DNA of 63,429 nucleotides, filler included, from Choristocarpus tenellus KU-1152 (taxonomy: Eukaryota > Protista > Phaeophyceae): the NCBI GenBank assembly GCA_964200185.2. It is 10 parts of 10 records of this genome, joined end to end, with 100 filler letters (N's around TTAATTAATTAA, not from the genome) between each part and the next. Parts side by side here need not be neighbours in the genome. Positions count along the whole stretch, not along the records: positions 27,898 to 32,085 come from CAXNAD020015784.1; positions 32,186 to 40,715 come from CAXNAD020004617.1; 8 more parts are not named here. One strand, written 5' to 3'. The stretch's first letter is position 1. Every line of letters begins with the position of its first letter. Below, in pieces: positions 28,200-40,815 of this stretch. Below the pieces are notes generated by a model, which saw only the letters and a program-made list of their open reading frames with translations, was not told the origin of the DNA and did not search any database. A program made the position numbers and the translations under genes.

Positions 28200-28765
28200 T
28201 TTAGTGCCTGGCACCTCTCTACCTTGAAGTAAGCCAGGGTCTATGGATTTCCTTGGGATAAATCTCTGTGTACTGTTGCTGTTCTCGGTGAACATCTTGA
28301 TGTCTTGGAGTGGGCTAAGGCTGATGACGGTCTTGGAGATGAGAAGACCTGCTCTATGCTGCAAGAGGGTTTCGCCTGGATAGGTTAGAGTGGGTTAGAG
28401 CCAATGGCTGTCCTTGGGGTAAAGGAGTCGCCATCAATGCTGCGTGTGGAGGACACTTGGATGTCTTGAAATAGGCGAGGGTTAACTTGTGTTATTGAGA
28501 TGAGAATTTCTAGTACCGAAGTTGCACAACGAGATGAGACACTTGCATATATTAAAATGGATCAGAGCTAACAACTCAACTTGCGGTTAGTATCCACCAG
28601 TGGAAGGGCTGCTTTAACAGGTACGGACCACTTACCCATTTTGAACTGGGCCAATGTCATATTTGTTCCTTGGAATGTCAAGTATTACCGTTATTTATGG
28701 AGGCCATATTGATGTCTTGGAGTGGGCTAGGGCCAATGTCTTACTCTGGGATGGCGACACCTCAG
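28200..28765 (+). pseudogene. Ankyrin-repeat pseudogene (GHLEVLQWARANGCPWD type)
   Basis: WHLSTLK*ARVYGFPWDKSLC..GEHLDVLEWAKADDG..LDRLEWVRANGCPWGKGVAINAACGGHLDVLK*ARVN..GGHIDVLEWARANVLLWD; intronless, with stops and frameshifts. Confidence 0.85.
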
Positions 28766-31250
28766 CAAATAACAGCCAGCTATTGAACTGCTCAGTTGAA
28801 ACAGCACGTGAACATGGTGCAAGAGCAGTTGGGTTGAAAATATGGCCACCTGGTTTACTCAGGTGACAATTTCACATGGTCAGCTGAATTTATCCATATG
28901 AAACCCTGAGTTACAAATGAGGTGCTTGTAGCACACTATCTTTGGTACGTAGTTAATGCTGCGTACTTTGCCACCTTGCCCTCACTGCTCTTAGCAATAT
29001 TTGCTGTAGGGGTGAGTCTGTTAAGTTGTTTTTAGTCAGTGTAGTGCAAGGTTTCGCTCATCTACCTTCATCACCAATCGTTCGTTCAACTGCAGCCTGC
29101 ATGCCTTTCTACATTGCTTCTCTTGAATGTGAGAATATCATCCGTTTCCCCTGGAGTTTTTATTCAGAATACTCGGCATCACATGCCTCTAAATGGATAC
29201 CATCACACCAAGGAACATAATTTATCCCACAACACGAAAGTTGAACCTATCATCGCATTATTTGTGATACCATGTCTTGTTTCATGGGCCACATTTTGTT
29301 ATTCTCAGGCATTCAGCTGGTTTCCGTCTTTACATCCAGTTACATATATTTTTGGAGCCTCTTGTGCAGAAAACAATGGGTGATGCTCCCATACCAAGTC
29401 CGTTATTTTGACCCTTCGACTTGCAGTACCCCAATACACTCTGTCGCGCCCTCCGATTGAGTGTGTTTTCGGTGGAGATGCTCTACCGTGGTGTGAGGTC
29501 TTTGCGGCTGTCGTGATGGAAACTTGTCCAAACCCCACCCACTTATTTGCCATCATTTTGTTCCAAGTTACACGTTGTGGACCACACTCTCCTGGATTGA
29601 ACTTGGTGCCACCCAGTACAAGATAAGGTATGTTTTCCCTAAACCTTTTATGTATGGGAAGATACTGCATGACACAGTGTGGACTACAAATGTAACACTG
29701 CCATTTGCCCATGCTTTGTCGTGCCGTTATCATGACGGGCAACGTGTTTTGCCCCTCAGAGATGGCATTTGATTGCGTTCTGTGGTTTATCAAATAACTC
29801 AATGTAACACTACATCAAAAGATATCCTGTTGCAATACAGCTCTTGGGAGAAAAATATGTTCACATAAGGAGATGCTTTGAAGTACTGCACACACCACAT
29901 GTTGCTATTAGTCCACATGAAGTAAATATGTAACTTAATAAAGCACATTCTACATCATTATCTTCTTGGTGAAGCAGCACACGTTTTATCAGCATGCGAA
30001 CAAAATACCCCCTCAACTAGAGAGAAGGTTGATGAAGGGCATAGGAGAGGCACGCCTAGGACCCAGCAGTTGGTCTTGAAAGTTCAGATTTTTGCTTTAA
30101 AAAAATGCGAGGGTTCCATAGGTAAGCACAAACTCAGTGACCAACATGATAATCTAAAACACGAATTTATCCACAATGGAAAGTAGCAGTGGTATTATTC
30201 CTCTGAGTCGTTCCCTTCCCTAGTTGTAAGAGGGAAGGTTTCTCCTTCCTATCCTATATTTACTCTGCTGTCTTGATGTGCACTAGTGCCTACGTATGCC
30301 CTTCGTCTTTCGATCTATTGCTCGGAGGGGGAGATGGAGGGGGGGTCAGTTTGCCTAAAGTTATACTATCATCCAAGACTGCAGTCACCCTCTTTCATAT
30401 CCGCACCAAATGACTTCCCTTGCACTGGGATCCTTGAGTTTGGATACTTACAACTTTTTCCATTTTTCTAACCCCTGTTGTGTTGGAGACTCTCAGAGCC
30501 TATATATCAAGTGTTGCATTCTTTGGAGTATCTATAGCTTGTCTTGTTGCTTGTGAGGCATATCCCATATTGCTCAAAATGAATCAAAATCTCCATATAA
30601 TTTTTGAGTACGGGTCAGGACGATCACCTCATGGCACTTGGTGCACCTCATCTTGTGTACAATCTGCCCGCTTCAATTTCATGGAGTACATCAGAACTTT
30701 TGGACCTGATTTTAGTGGATTTTATTGTTTTGATTCACAAAACGTTCTTCACCTCGCATTTTTAATCAGTGGTTGGGTTATCCTTGATGTTTGTGTCTCA
30801 TGGGTATAGATACTATACTTTGCTTTCATCATTGTGTTGGACGAGTAAGTGCAATTCGGTGAAATCTATCTGCTCATGGTTAGCTCTATAAATATGGGAC
30901 CCGTGAATCTCCAAAAGATGAAAATACACTGAAGTACTTGTAGTCTGGATTACTTAAGTAATCCGAGTATGTACTGTACTCACATACTTCCTGTTTTAAT
31001 TTTACTGGGTTATATTGTGGAAAATTTCAATGAAGTTGAAATTTTCATATTGTGTAATTGTCAAGAAATTGTTCTCAGGAATTTCTTTCTCACTTTTCTA
31101 TATTGAATAATAATAATAAATAATAAATAACATCACTTAGCGATGGTTGGAACTACGCACTGAGTCCATAGTCTGCAGTGCAGTACTAACAGCTCTACAT
31201 GTACACTGGACAACCATCATCGTATCCCTTCGTGTTTGTGTTGGGGACAT

Positions 31251-31405
31251 GTGTCAAAGTATCTGGGGGGGGGGATGTCGGCGCCCCTTTTTCACCCTTT
31301 TCGATTTTCACTTTTTTGGTGTGATTTGGTCGCACGTGTCGAATTTGAAATGTCAGCAAAAAAAAAAGAGTTGTTTGACTGAAACGGATGCCCTCCTCAC
31401 AAACC
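31251..31405. mobile_element. MITE family C copy (one end lost)
   Basis: gtgtcaaagtatctggggggggg..gtcgaatttgaaatgtcagcaaaaaa..gagttgtttgac, reverse complement of 21803-21982. Confidence 0.85.
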
Positions 31406-31531
31406 ATTATATTTTCTATATACAAACCCTAATCCTAACCCTAACCCTAACCCTAACCCAAAGTGAGTCAAAAGTATCCAAAGGGCAGAGCTGCATCGTC
31501 GTCGTCCATTAAAAAAAACAAAACAATATCC

Positions 31532-31592
<61 letters not shown>

Positions 31593-31691
31593 TATTATAT
31601 TTTTGTTTTTTTTTTTTATTCTATTATTTTTTTNNNNNNNNNNACGAAAAACAAAAAATAAATCTTAAAAAAAAAAAAAAAAAAAAAAACC

Positions 31692-31734
<43 letters not shown>

Positions 31735-31831
31735 TGAAAATGAAAAACAAACAATATGATGTGTTTGTTAGGAAATGTCAATATCCTTGGTATGGACACA
31801 CCTTTTGATAACGTACACATTTTACCTACTG

Positions 31832-32077
31832 CTACGATTAACTCCTGAGCACTGATTTTTCCAATGTTCTTTTATTATATTTTTTACTTCTGTATTCAGA
31901 GTCTAACCCTAACCCTAACCCTAACCCTAATCCTATACTCTGTCACTCAGCACTACGATTAACCCCTGAGCACTGATTTTTCCAATGTTCATTTTTTATA
32001 TTTTTTACTTCTGTATTCAGAGTCTAAAATCCTAACCCTAACCCTAATCCTAAGGTACACTGTCACTCAGCACTACG
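31832..32077. repeat. ~121-bp tandem duplication containing (CCCTAA)n
   Basis: Two copies of ctacgattaac.cctgagcactgattttt..ctgtattcagagtctaa(ccctaa)n..tgtcactcagcactacg. Confidence 0.85.
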
Positions 32078-32085
32078 GGAACCAG

Positions 32086-32185
32086 NNNNNNNNNNNNNNN
32101 NNNNNNNNNNNNNNNNNNNNNNNNNNNNNTTAATTAATTAANNNNNNNNNNNNNNNNNNNNNNNNNNNNNNNNNNNNNNNNNNNN
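32086..32185. other. Artificial contig linker
   Basis: N44-TTAATTAATTAA-N44. Confidence 0.97.
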
Positions 32186-33199
32186 AAATTTACTTTATCG
32201 AAAAAAACACAGTCCAGAACTTAAAAGAAAAAAAAAAACCCAACCCCCCCCCCCCCCCCCCCCCACCAACTTCTCCATTCGAAATCGTCCCACACGGCCC
32301 ACCCCTTGGGTAGATTGGAATCAAAAATAACCACCTCGAGCCAACTGTCAGCAGCACCAAACAATTCATAACATACATATAAAGCAACACGTACTCAAGT
32401 GGTGAAATAATAAAAATTATAAAAACACGAGCACACCTCCACAACCAAGGACGGAAGAGATACTGAACACCTCACAAGCAACATGCACCTGGGCAGGCGG
32501 GCTACGTGCTGTACTATAGCCTTCGCCAAGGAATGCAAACTGGGCATCTCGAGCCTTGGGGCTGTTCTTCTCTTGCAGGCAGCAGTGCTGAGGTACCAAG
32601 AACCCTACGATATCCCAGTACCAATCGGGTACTGCAACAAAGTCTACCATGAAGTATAGTGCTGTGTACAAGCAAAACATACTGTAGCAAAAAGTGCCAC
32701 TACTGTATGTCTGTACTGTAAAGTACTGACTTCATGTGTTAATAATTTGCATACGGCACTGTACCTTATGTAAGATGTAAAAATATAGAAGTGAATAGAT
32801 TTTTTAAAAGCAGAAAATCAACGTGGGGAGGGGGGAGGGGGGAGCACACGCTCTTCATACTTCATGAGAAGTGTCTGCCAACCTTAACCCCAACTCTCCC
32901 AATAGAAAACCAAGGCTACACAAGCACCTACACGACTGCACCTACCTAGACACACCAAAACACACACAACCAACCAGTGAAATCTAAAGCCCGAGAAAGA
33001 TGTACCAACATTACACAAGTAAAATTAATTCACACTACACCAGCACTGCAACACTCACACACACAAAAACACAACCAAAACCCAGAGAGGGAAATTTCAA
33101 CACCCACAATGTTCAATAAATCAATCCTGTTCACAACCATGCAATGCATGGTTCATAAGGTCACAATCACCTCTCACCCCCCCCACTGCCAATGTTCAC

Positions 33200-34534
33200 C
33201 TTCAGTGTATCCGCCTCGTCCATCCCACAGCACTCCCTGCACAGCTGCTCAAATTCCCTGTAGGGTATGCTCCGCCTTCCATCATCCTTGAGAATTTCCC
33301 GGAGGCGTATAACCCGACCTCTCTCTAAAAGTGAGGGCAGCTCAGCATAACCGTTTCGTTCGTCTACTCCATAGCCACCCGAGTGGGTAGCAAGGACCAA
33401 AAACTGTAGCCATACAAAAAAAAAAATGTTATTCTCATCAGTATTTGGATTTTTATGCGCACACAAACTTTATGTATATGTGTATGCATATGGCTGTATG
33501 TAAGCCTCAAAAAGCATACACACATAGGGTGTGTACACCACACGCCCTTTGCGACGAATGTGTCTGTGTATTTAATGCGGCATACATGTACCCTCTTTTT
33601 TTTTTGTAATGTGCAGTTCACAGAGCTTTTTTTCCGTTTTGATCATCTATTTTCTGTCGCGAACTACGTGGACTTACCAAATGCAAAAAATACTATATTG
33701 TGTAAAAAAAGGGGGACTACCTGCAAAGGTCCCCCTCTCTACATGTATACCAGCCCACAGCACATGATTTCCATCGACAGTTATAGACATTGTTTTAAAT
33801 TCAATTTCTATGTCTCCACTGTACCCCAGTCAGAAAATGACAATGTGCTTGCCTCTTTGTTGCCGAGCTTCATGCTGAAGCCCCCGTCAACCTTAACCGC
33901 ATCACCTAGGGATAATCCTTCAGAGAGCTGATCGCCTCTTGACCCTAGGAATTCCACAAGGCCTGCACCCTCTTCCTGGAAGACATAAGGCAGTAAGAAG
34001 ATGAGCAATTAAAAAAACAGAAAGGATGGGAAAAAGAGAGCGTACTATGAGGTATAGGGGGGAGGGGAGGGGATTTGAGCAAAGAGAAAATCTTAAAGGT
34101 GGGTAAGTATCCAGTCCTGCTGCACCTGAACGATAAACGATGCTGTATAGAGCGAGCTGAATTCATAGTTGCATGAAGAAAAATAAAGGGATTCGAAGCA
34201 TGGTCTGTCAAGAAAGCTGGGGGGAGAGTCAGACGATCGTTGTCTCTTCCTTTAAAACAATTTTTAATCTCCAAACCATTTCGAATCATGAAAACGGAGA
34301 GGTCACCTTGCAGAGACAGGGCAATAATTTATGGGGCTACTTCTAACTTAGGCTTTCCTACCTTCATTGTAGCCCTAATGGTATCCAGGGAAACCTCTGT
34401 TGGGAAGGAGAACGCAGTCTCCCTCCCCCTGCTATTAGATTGGAGGGACACCGCCAGCTTATACTTTCCATCCTTGTATTGGAGGACCAGAGGTGACGGT
34501 GTTGTAGTCGACGCAGCTGTACCCACTCTGGATC
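33200..34534 (-). CDS. MCU: Mitochondrial calcium uniporter, N-terminal exons (partial)
   Basis: Exons 34534-34362, 33975-33853 and 33403-33200 join in frame: LVLQYKDGKYKLAVSLQSNSRGRETAFSFPTEVSLDTIRATMK-EEGAGLVEFLGSRGDQLSEGLSLGDAVKVDGGFSMKLGNKE-FLV..LREILKDDGRRSIPYREFEQLCRECCGMDEA, resembling the MCU N-terminal domain plus the plant-type 'ISYSEF..IC' segment. First exon and WDxxEP pore exons not located. Confidence 0.65.
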
Positions 34535-35362
34535 CTGGAAGGGAGGTGGGATGGTAACGTTTGAAGGATTCTTCTTGAGCAAGGCTCCCAATTCAATAAG
34601 GTTTGGAGAAATGGTTTGAGAAAATTGCCAGATAGCTACTTCCAACTACTTCCGACGACAGGTCAAGTGGCACAGGGCTACCTAGGACTAAATACACTTC
34701 TATCCCTTAGAGAGGTCCTCAGCCTTGCCACTCAAGGGGCATGGAGCAAGGAGTTGAGATAAACTCAGAGACTCACTCTAAACAACACCGTAAATGCCAC
34801 AGGTCTACCCAGTTTTTGGTCCATATTGCGCAGTTCTAACCCACCAAAGTCATTGCGATTAGTTTCAGATTTTCTTTAGAGCTGTAAAGACCGGCCAATC
34901 TAACCTCCCCACATTATCCAACTAATTGTCTACCGCTTTAACACAAACAAGGATGTACCACTTGTCGCCAAGAATTCCTACTGCCAAGCATCTCCATTTC
35001 TAATCTTCTTACCAACAAACGTTCTAGCCCATCCCCTTCCTGTAGGTGGATAATGGTGTAGGGCGAGGGAGGCTGATGACCTCCAGGTCAAGCGAGATAT
35101 GGACAAAAGAGAAGACATCCCTATTCAACTTTACGGACTAGAATGTGAGGGGAATGATTATGTGTGCAGATAGAGGTGAAACTTCTTTGGGGAGGGATGA
35201 ACTGCATAAAAAGAATATATAGTATCAAACACATTTATAATCCATAATATCAATTGACATTTTGAGGGAGAAAATGAAGTAAAAAATATCGTCTTTCAGT
35301 GTGCCATGTGTAGGGAAAGTTTGACTTCTCAATCGAATACAATACCGTCACGAACAGGCAAG

Positions 35363-37011
35363 ATGCCCAAACACATCGGAGAATTTCTCCTCCAGTTTAT
35401 TTGGATATTGGTCGTTTTGGCGATGACAATGCCACTTAGCATTATGGGGGCTGACCCCGCAAGGCTCATCCGCTGTGACAGCGAGGATGATCTTGACGGT
35501 GTAAACTGTAGGGCTGACATGCTCTCTGACGAGGCCCTGGCAGAGATGGTCATGGCGAGGTTTGTTTATTGGTGGTGTGGTAATAGTGGTCCTTAGTATA
35601 TTGTGGGAGGTTTTGGTCTGCTTGTGGAGGTAACGCAACGACGCTTGAAGTGTGGACACGAATCAAGGGTGCTCAGGCACTCCGTGTTCTTGCCTCCCCG
35701 ACTGCCGCGCTTCGTACAGTGCTTGCCTCTCAGCAAATCGCGGTAGACTACTGAATTGATCTCAGCAAACCATGACGAGATTCGGTGTTTTTTGGTGTAT
35801 ATCAGCTGTGCGACTGGTCTATGAATGCCTTCCCTTCGCCTATTGATACCCATACATCGAACAAGGTGTGTTGTGTTGCAGAAGACTTCGTATCCCTGGC
35901 GTTTTTTTTATTCCTCCTAAGCTCCGAGCCCGGCGACCACTTAACCTAGCTTATGGTAATCTTAGCAAATCCGCTCCGTGGCGCCCCTCGTCTCCCTCCT
36001 TCCTCAACTAACAACTCTCAACTCTTCACTCCTCTTCACACTTGATAACCTAACAGGGGTTTCGATCCAACGGGTTCCGATCGCCCCACCCTACTAGACG
36101 CAGTGATAGAGATACTGGAGTACGAGAAGGCCCATGGGGTTGATCTCAGGGAGGAGTATTACGTCCCCGAGGTAGAGCCGATGAGGAAAGATGGATCAAT
36201 GCAGGAACATGGGGTAGGTACCACAGACGAAGTCGCTGGATCTTCTGGTGAGGGCGGGGAGGAAGACAGAGGATCCGGGGTAGAAGTTGATGGAGTGAGA
36301 TTCATAGATGATATGGTAGGAACGGAATCAGAACTTGCCGATCAGAAGGACTTTGCATTGGGAACAGAGTCGGCAGAGACTGTGATTGCTGTGCCACATG
36401 ACCAGGAAGGGGGAAATGATCAGGTCGGAGATGCCGATGTCTTAAGTGGTGGCGTGACAGAAAAAGACGATGAAAATGCTGATTCTGCTGCAAGGGAAGC
36501 CATTCTTGAGGGCACAGAAGAAGCCGCTGCTGCCACTGCTTCCACTATCGCTCCTGACAGCGATGTTGGTCCCTCCCCATCCGGCAACGGCATAGTCGTC
36601 GCTCGCCAGACTGACACCATCATCGGGTATGTGCTGGACATTGGGGAGGAGATATTGGCACAAATGAGGAGGGACTTGGTGTTTCTTGTGGACCTTCTTC
36701 CAGAGCCAGTCGCAACCCCTGTCAAGCGTGCCACATCTTTTGTGGCAGACACTGTGTGCAGCGTGGGGGGACCAGTATTGAACTCGGCTGAGAGATACAC
36801 AAGGGGGCTGCGGCGGGGAGCAGGGGAGGTGGCAGGGAAGGTGGTAGGAAGCTTTCGAGATGAGGTTGCCCCCAGGGCGCTGGAGAAGACGAGTGAGGTG
36901 TTTACAGGGATAGGGAGTAGGATACGACAAGCTGTTGCTGGTGGGAAGAGGCAGGATGCAGAAGGGGATAAGGCTCAGATGGGGGGAGAGCAACAACTGG
37001 CCCAGGGATAG
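35363..37011 (+). CDS. Uncharacterised secreted/ER acidic protein (2 exons)
   Basis: Exon 1 35363-35559 with hydrophobic signal-peptide-like N-terminus (FLLQFIWILVVLAMTMPLSIMGA); phase-2 GT-AG intron; exon 2 36057-37011 is a long open frame with an acidic linker and amphipathic C-terminal helices. Confidence 0.75.
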
Positions 37012-40000
37012 CAAAGCAAGAGGTGTGGTGCTGTGGTGGTTTGGTAAGAGTGGACTGAGGAAGAAGGAGAGCATATGCAATGTGCGTTTTGTGTAAAAGG
37101 CTGTATGATTATGTGTCTGGCAAGCTATGGTGCCAATAGTGCACTTTGACTGTCTAGTTGGTACAACCATGTTAGCTTCAGCTTGAATTTTTCTAATAAC
37201 TCGAACAGGAAGTATTGCACTGTCTGTCCCTGACGCAAAAGTGTTGTAAGACAATTTCAGGGAGTTTTTTGTATTGTTAGTGTATCTCCATGGACAGTCC
37301 TCAGTAGCTGCTAAGATCTTACAGCCTTCAAAAACATATCTTTGTTGTTGAACACTGCGTTGGCCAGGGATATACCACATTCATTATTTGCTGCAGAGCG
37401 GCTTGTACTCTGCCTTGTTCCCTGTGTGGTCCGTTAGACTTGAAAAAATTAAGGTTCTGCTCTGAGGGGTCCAGAACATTCAATCTTGTGTTTCCACCAG
37501 TCCTTGAAGTTTTTGTTGTTTTTGTCTCTGCCTCCAATCTTTGAGAATTGAAATTTGGAGGGACTAAGGAGGATGAACGAAAAATCTGAACAAAGCAAAT
37601 AGGGCCAATTTACACTAGACTAGTTTTTTTGTGGAGCTGGAATTGCTGGATGTGAGCTAGGACAGCAGGAATGGTAGACAGGAACTCTAATGGCCATCCC
37701 CCTTTTTCTCTTACACACAGGCTTCCTAACTAGTCAAAGCATTTGTTCACACACACATCACACCTTCAAGGCCAATTCTGTTTTTTTCATTGCCCGAGGT
37801 GCTTGACGTTATGAATGGCATGCTGTGCAAACCTGTGTGCTATACTTCCTTCAGCCGCTCTCTGCATATGCCGTCCTTGAAATAGTCAGGGAGGGGGAGT
37901 TAGTGCTGCTGTTCTTTTTCTTACATGCATACTTACTGGTTGTTGGTGACGACAATGTTTCGGACAGGAGTTATTGTGCTTCTTTTATGTCGAGCTTGCA
38001 GGATGTTTTTTTGCTCTCCAGTTTGTGCAAGGTGCTTCAAGCCCTTTTCAATGTGCCTCCTTTGTATGTCTTCCTCCCTACAGTAGCAACAGAACGAGTC
38101 GCTATGTTATACTGTGACATTTTACTCTAGTACTTGGCGCAAAGTATGTAATTAATCAAGGACGTTGCACAAAAATACAGAAGTTTGTACACAAAAAGTA
38201 TTGAAATGGATACAAGTTCTGGATCATTCGCACCAATTCTTGTACTCTGGAGTTGAGAATTGAACATATCTTCAGTTGAAGCTCCCTTCGCGTGTTGATG
38301 CGAGGTTCTTGTTGGCACCTCCAGAGTCCCTTCTGATCATGATTGTGGGATGAGGATTCTGATGTGATGCAGTAGTTGTTCAACTTCCTCCACAACAATC
38401 TGGGGACATGGAAACGGAAAGGTGTGACAAACTCAGGGGGTTGGTTCAGATTCAGTCAGTGCTTTAACACCATTGTCCTAGGTTCTTGTGTGAAGGTGCT
38501 GTGCATACTAGCTGCCCTCCTTTAGTGTGACCATATGAAACACCCTTGTAGTGTGGAACATGAGTTGTTTCATTCATTCGGGCTTTGAGGTGCTAGGATC
38601 CTATGATGGTATCTTTTTTTTTACTATTGGGGAGTGGAAATAGACTGTAACAGTAGGTCCAGCATCGGATCATTTTGACCAGTTCAATGCTTGATGGGTG
38701 GGTTTGTCAAAAGACAAATGAATTGTGCTTAGGGTGTAAGAAAAAAGCACCTCGAGATTATCATGAGGTCTCTTTGTGGTCGGTCTTGTCTCTGACAGAG
38801 TTTTTGGCTGCAGTGATCACAGGCAGCTGTGACAAAAACGAGGGGAATAATAGAGGTTGTCAATGATCATCTGCTCTAGCTGTTTCAAACCGAAGCAGGA
38901 GAAGGCAAGGACACACCCTGTTTGCTTGCTGAATTGTCTTTCCCAGCTTCATGCTGCACTGCAGTAGTGGTACCTCCATTGATAGCTTGTGTAGTTGGTG
39001 CCCCATGGTTCTCCCATTCATCTGTTCTTGAAAAATGTTTATGTTGAGAATTCACATTTTTCCCCAAAAAAGTCAAAAAAAAGTATTGGCCTGCACGTTC
39101 TTTTGTCATTCATATGTTTGATGATGAAATACTTCCACTGGGGACTCCATAGAAAGGTGGGGGCGCAGGCACGGGAGAGCAGATACCTGTGCTGCAGAAA
39201 ACAATTGTGGCATGGTTCACTCAGGCAAGGGTGGTGAAGAGAATCAACAGGCAAGACGGACCAAGACGAACCATAAATGAGAGGACAAGGTTAAGGTTGG
39301 AAAAGTCCAAGACTGCAAGGACTTACAGGAAATTGTGGAGTGATGAGAATGTTATGAGAGGGGGACCATCACAGTAGTCAAGACATAACAACAAAGAGAA
39401 TATTTGATGTGTGACATATCTGGTTGAAGAGATGCCCACTACTTGTGGGATTGGTCTCCTGAAAGATTCCACATCTCAATTATTCATAAGATCCTCCACT
39501 GGAATTGCGGATTCCTCACAAGGAACCTCAATCAGTGTAACAGTATATAGCATACACCAATAACGGTATAAAATAAAATCAACCAAACCTGCTTTCCACA
39601 CATGTCACAGTTGGTGTCAACTAACTCTGTTGCTTGGCTCTGGTTGCTTGAATGAGGTATGCTGGCACATCCAAGTCCACAGTAGTGAGACACTGGGAAT
39701 ACTACTTCATTTTCTCCTGTGCACCTCAAAATTTACATTTGTTGCTAACCAAACAAGGTCTTCTCGTACTGGAATGTTATGCCTCTCAACTTGGAATGAC
39801 TTTCATTAATACACATATACAAACAAACAAAAACGATTAACACTAAATGCACATAATTGTGTGCACATGCTTCCAAAAGTACCCAAGTTTTATGGTCCTG
39901 TTCCCGAACGGGACATACACATATTATAAAAAATAATAATACCAGAAGAAGGACAGTGAGTTCAATACTACTACTGAATCTTTAATGTCTGCGATACAGC

Positions 40001-40715
40001 TATGTAGAGTGACTGTTGTTTTGGAAATAATTCTTCTCTTCCTCTTCATAGATTTAAATATGTGAAGAAATCGAAATTGTAGGGGACAAAAAGCACTATA
40101 ATATTATGGTCCACAGGCCCCAAATCTTAGTGGGAAAAGAGTATTAAGTGTGGGGTTTTTTTTAATGCAAATGGCGGTCCCATCCGCAATCAAGACAGAT
40201 CCTTGCGGAAAAAAAACGCGAAATAGGGACAACCTGCTCATATTTTTGCCATTGTGCATTTTTTTTTCTCTATTTTGGGGGGGTTCAGGTTAGAATAGTT
40301 GTAAGCTTGTGCGCCTGACTGCCCAGTAAACCTCCATTTAAAAGCCCCCCTCCACTTCTCAACGACTTTATCCCCATATCACTTAAGACATTGAATACGT
40401 ACGTATGGAAGCTCGTATGGTGTACGCAAAAAGTTCCCATAGGGTATGAAGAAATTCCACCTATGATCATTTTATGCTCCTCCTAGCGCGTGAAAATCTC
40501 CCCTGTTTTTTTGTTATTTTTCTGTGTAGTGAAGGGTTTTGACTCTTTCGGGTCTATTGAAGTCAGGTGCGCGTGGAAGAAAGACCACTGCTGACGAGTC
40601 TGGAAGTGTGTGCTCCTAAGTGTGACGAAAACCCTATTATACTGGGTATAACAGCCGATTTCAAAAATTGAGGATGGAGCTTTTCATTGAGGATGGGCTT
40701 GACACAAAATTGACT

Positions 40716-40815
40716 NNNNNNNNNNNNNNNNNNNNNNNNNNNNNNNNNNNNNNNNNNNNTTAATTAATTAANNNNNNNNNNNNNNNNNNNNNNNNNNNNN
40801 NNNNNNNNNNNNNNN
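40716..40815. other. Artificial contig linker
   Basis: N44-TTAATTAATTAA-N44. Confidence 0.97.

Noticed and set aside
31510-31730. Long poly-T/poly-A inverted structure around a 10-N gap
   Set aside because: Low-quality homopolymer read ends at a scaffold gap.
32417-32680. Minus-strand open segment as the next MCU exon
   Set aside because: The open frame needs a phase-1 acceptor but the preceding donor is phase 0, and it lacks MCU motifs.
36442-37380. 312-aa minus-strand ORF
   Set aside because: Antisense shadow of the plus-strand exon 36057-37011; no motifs.
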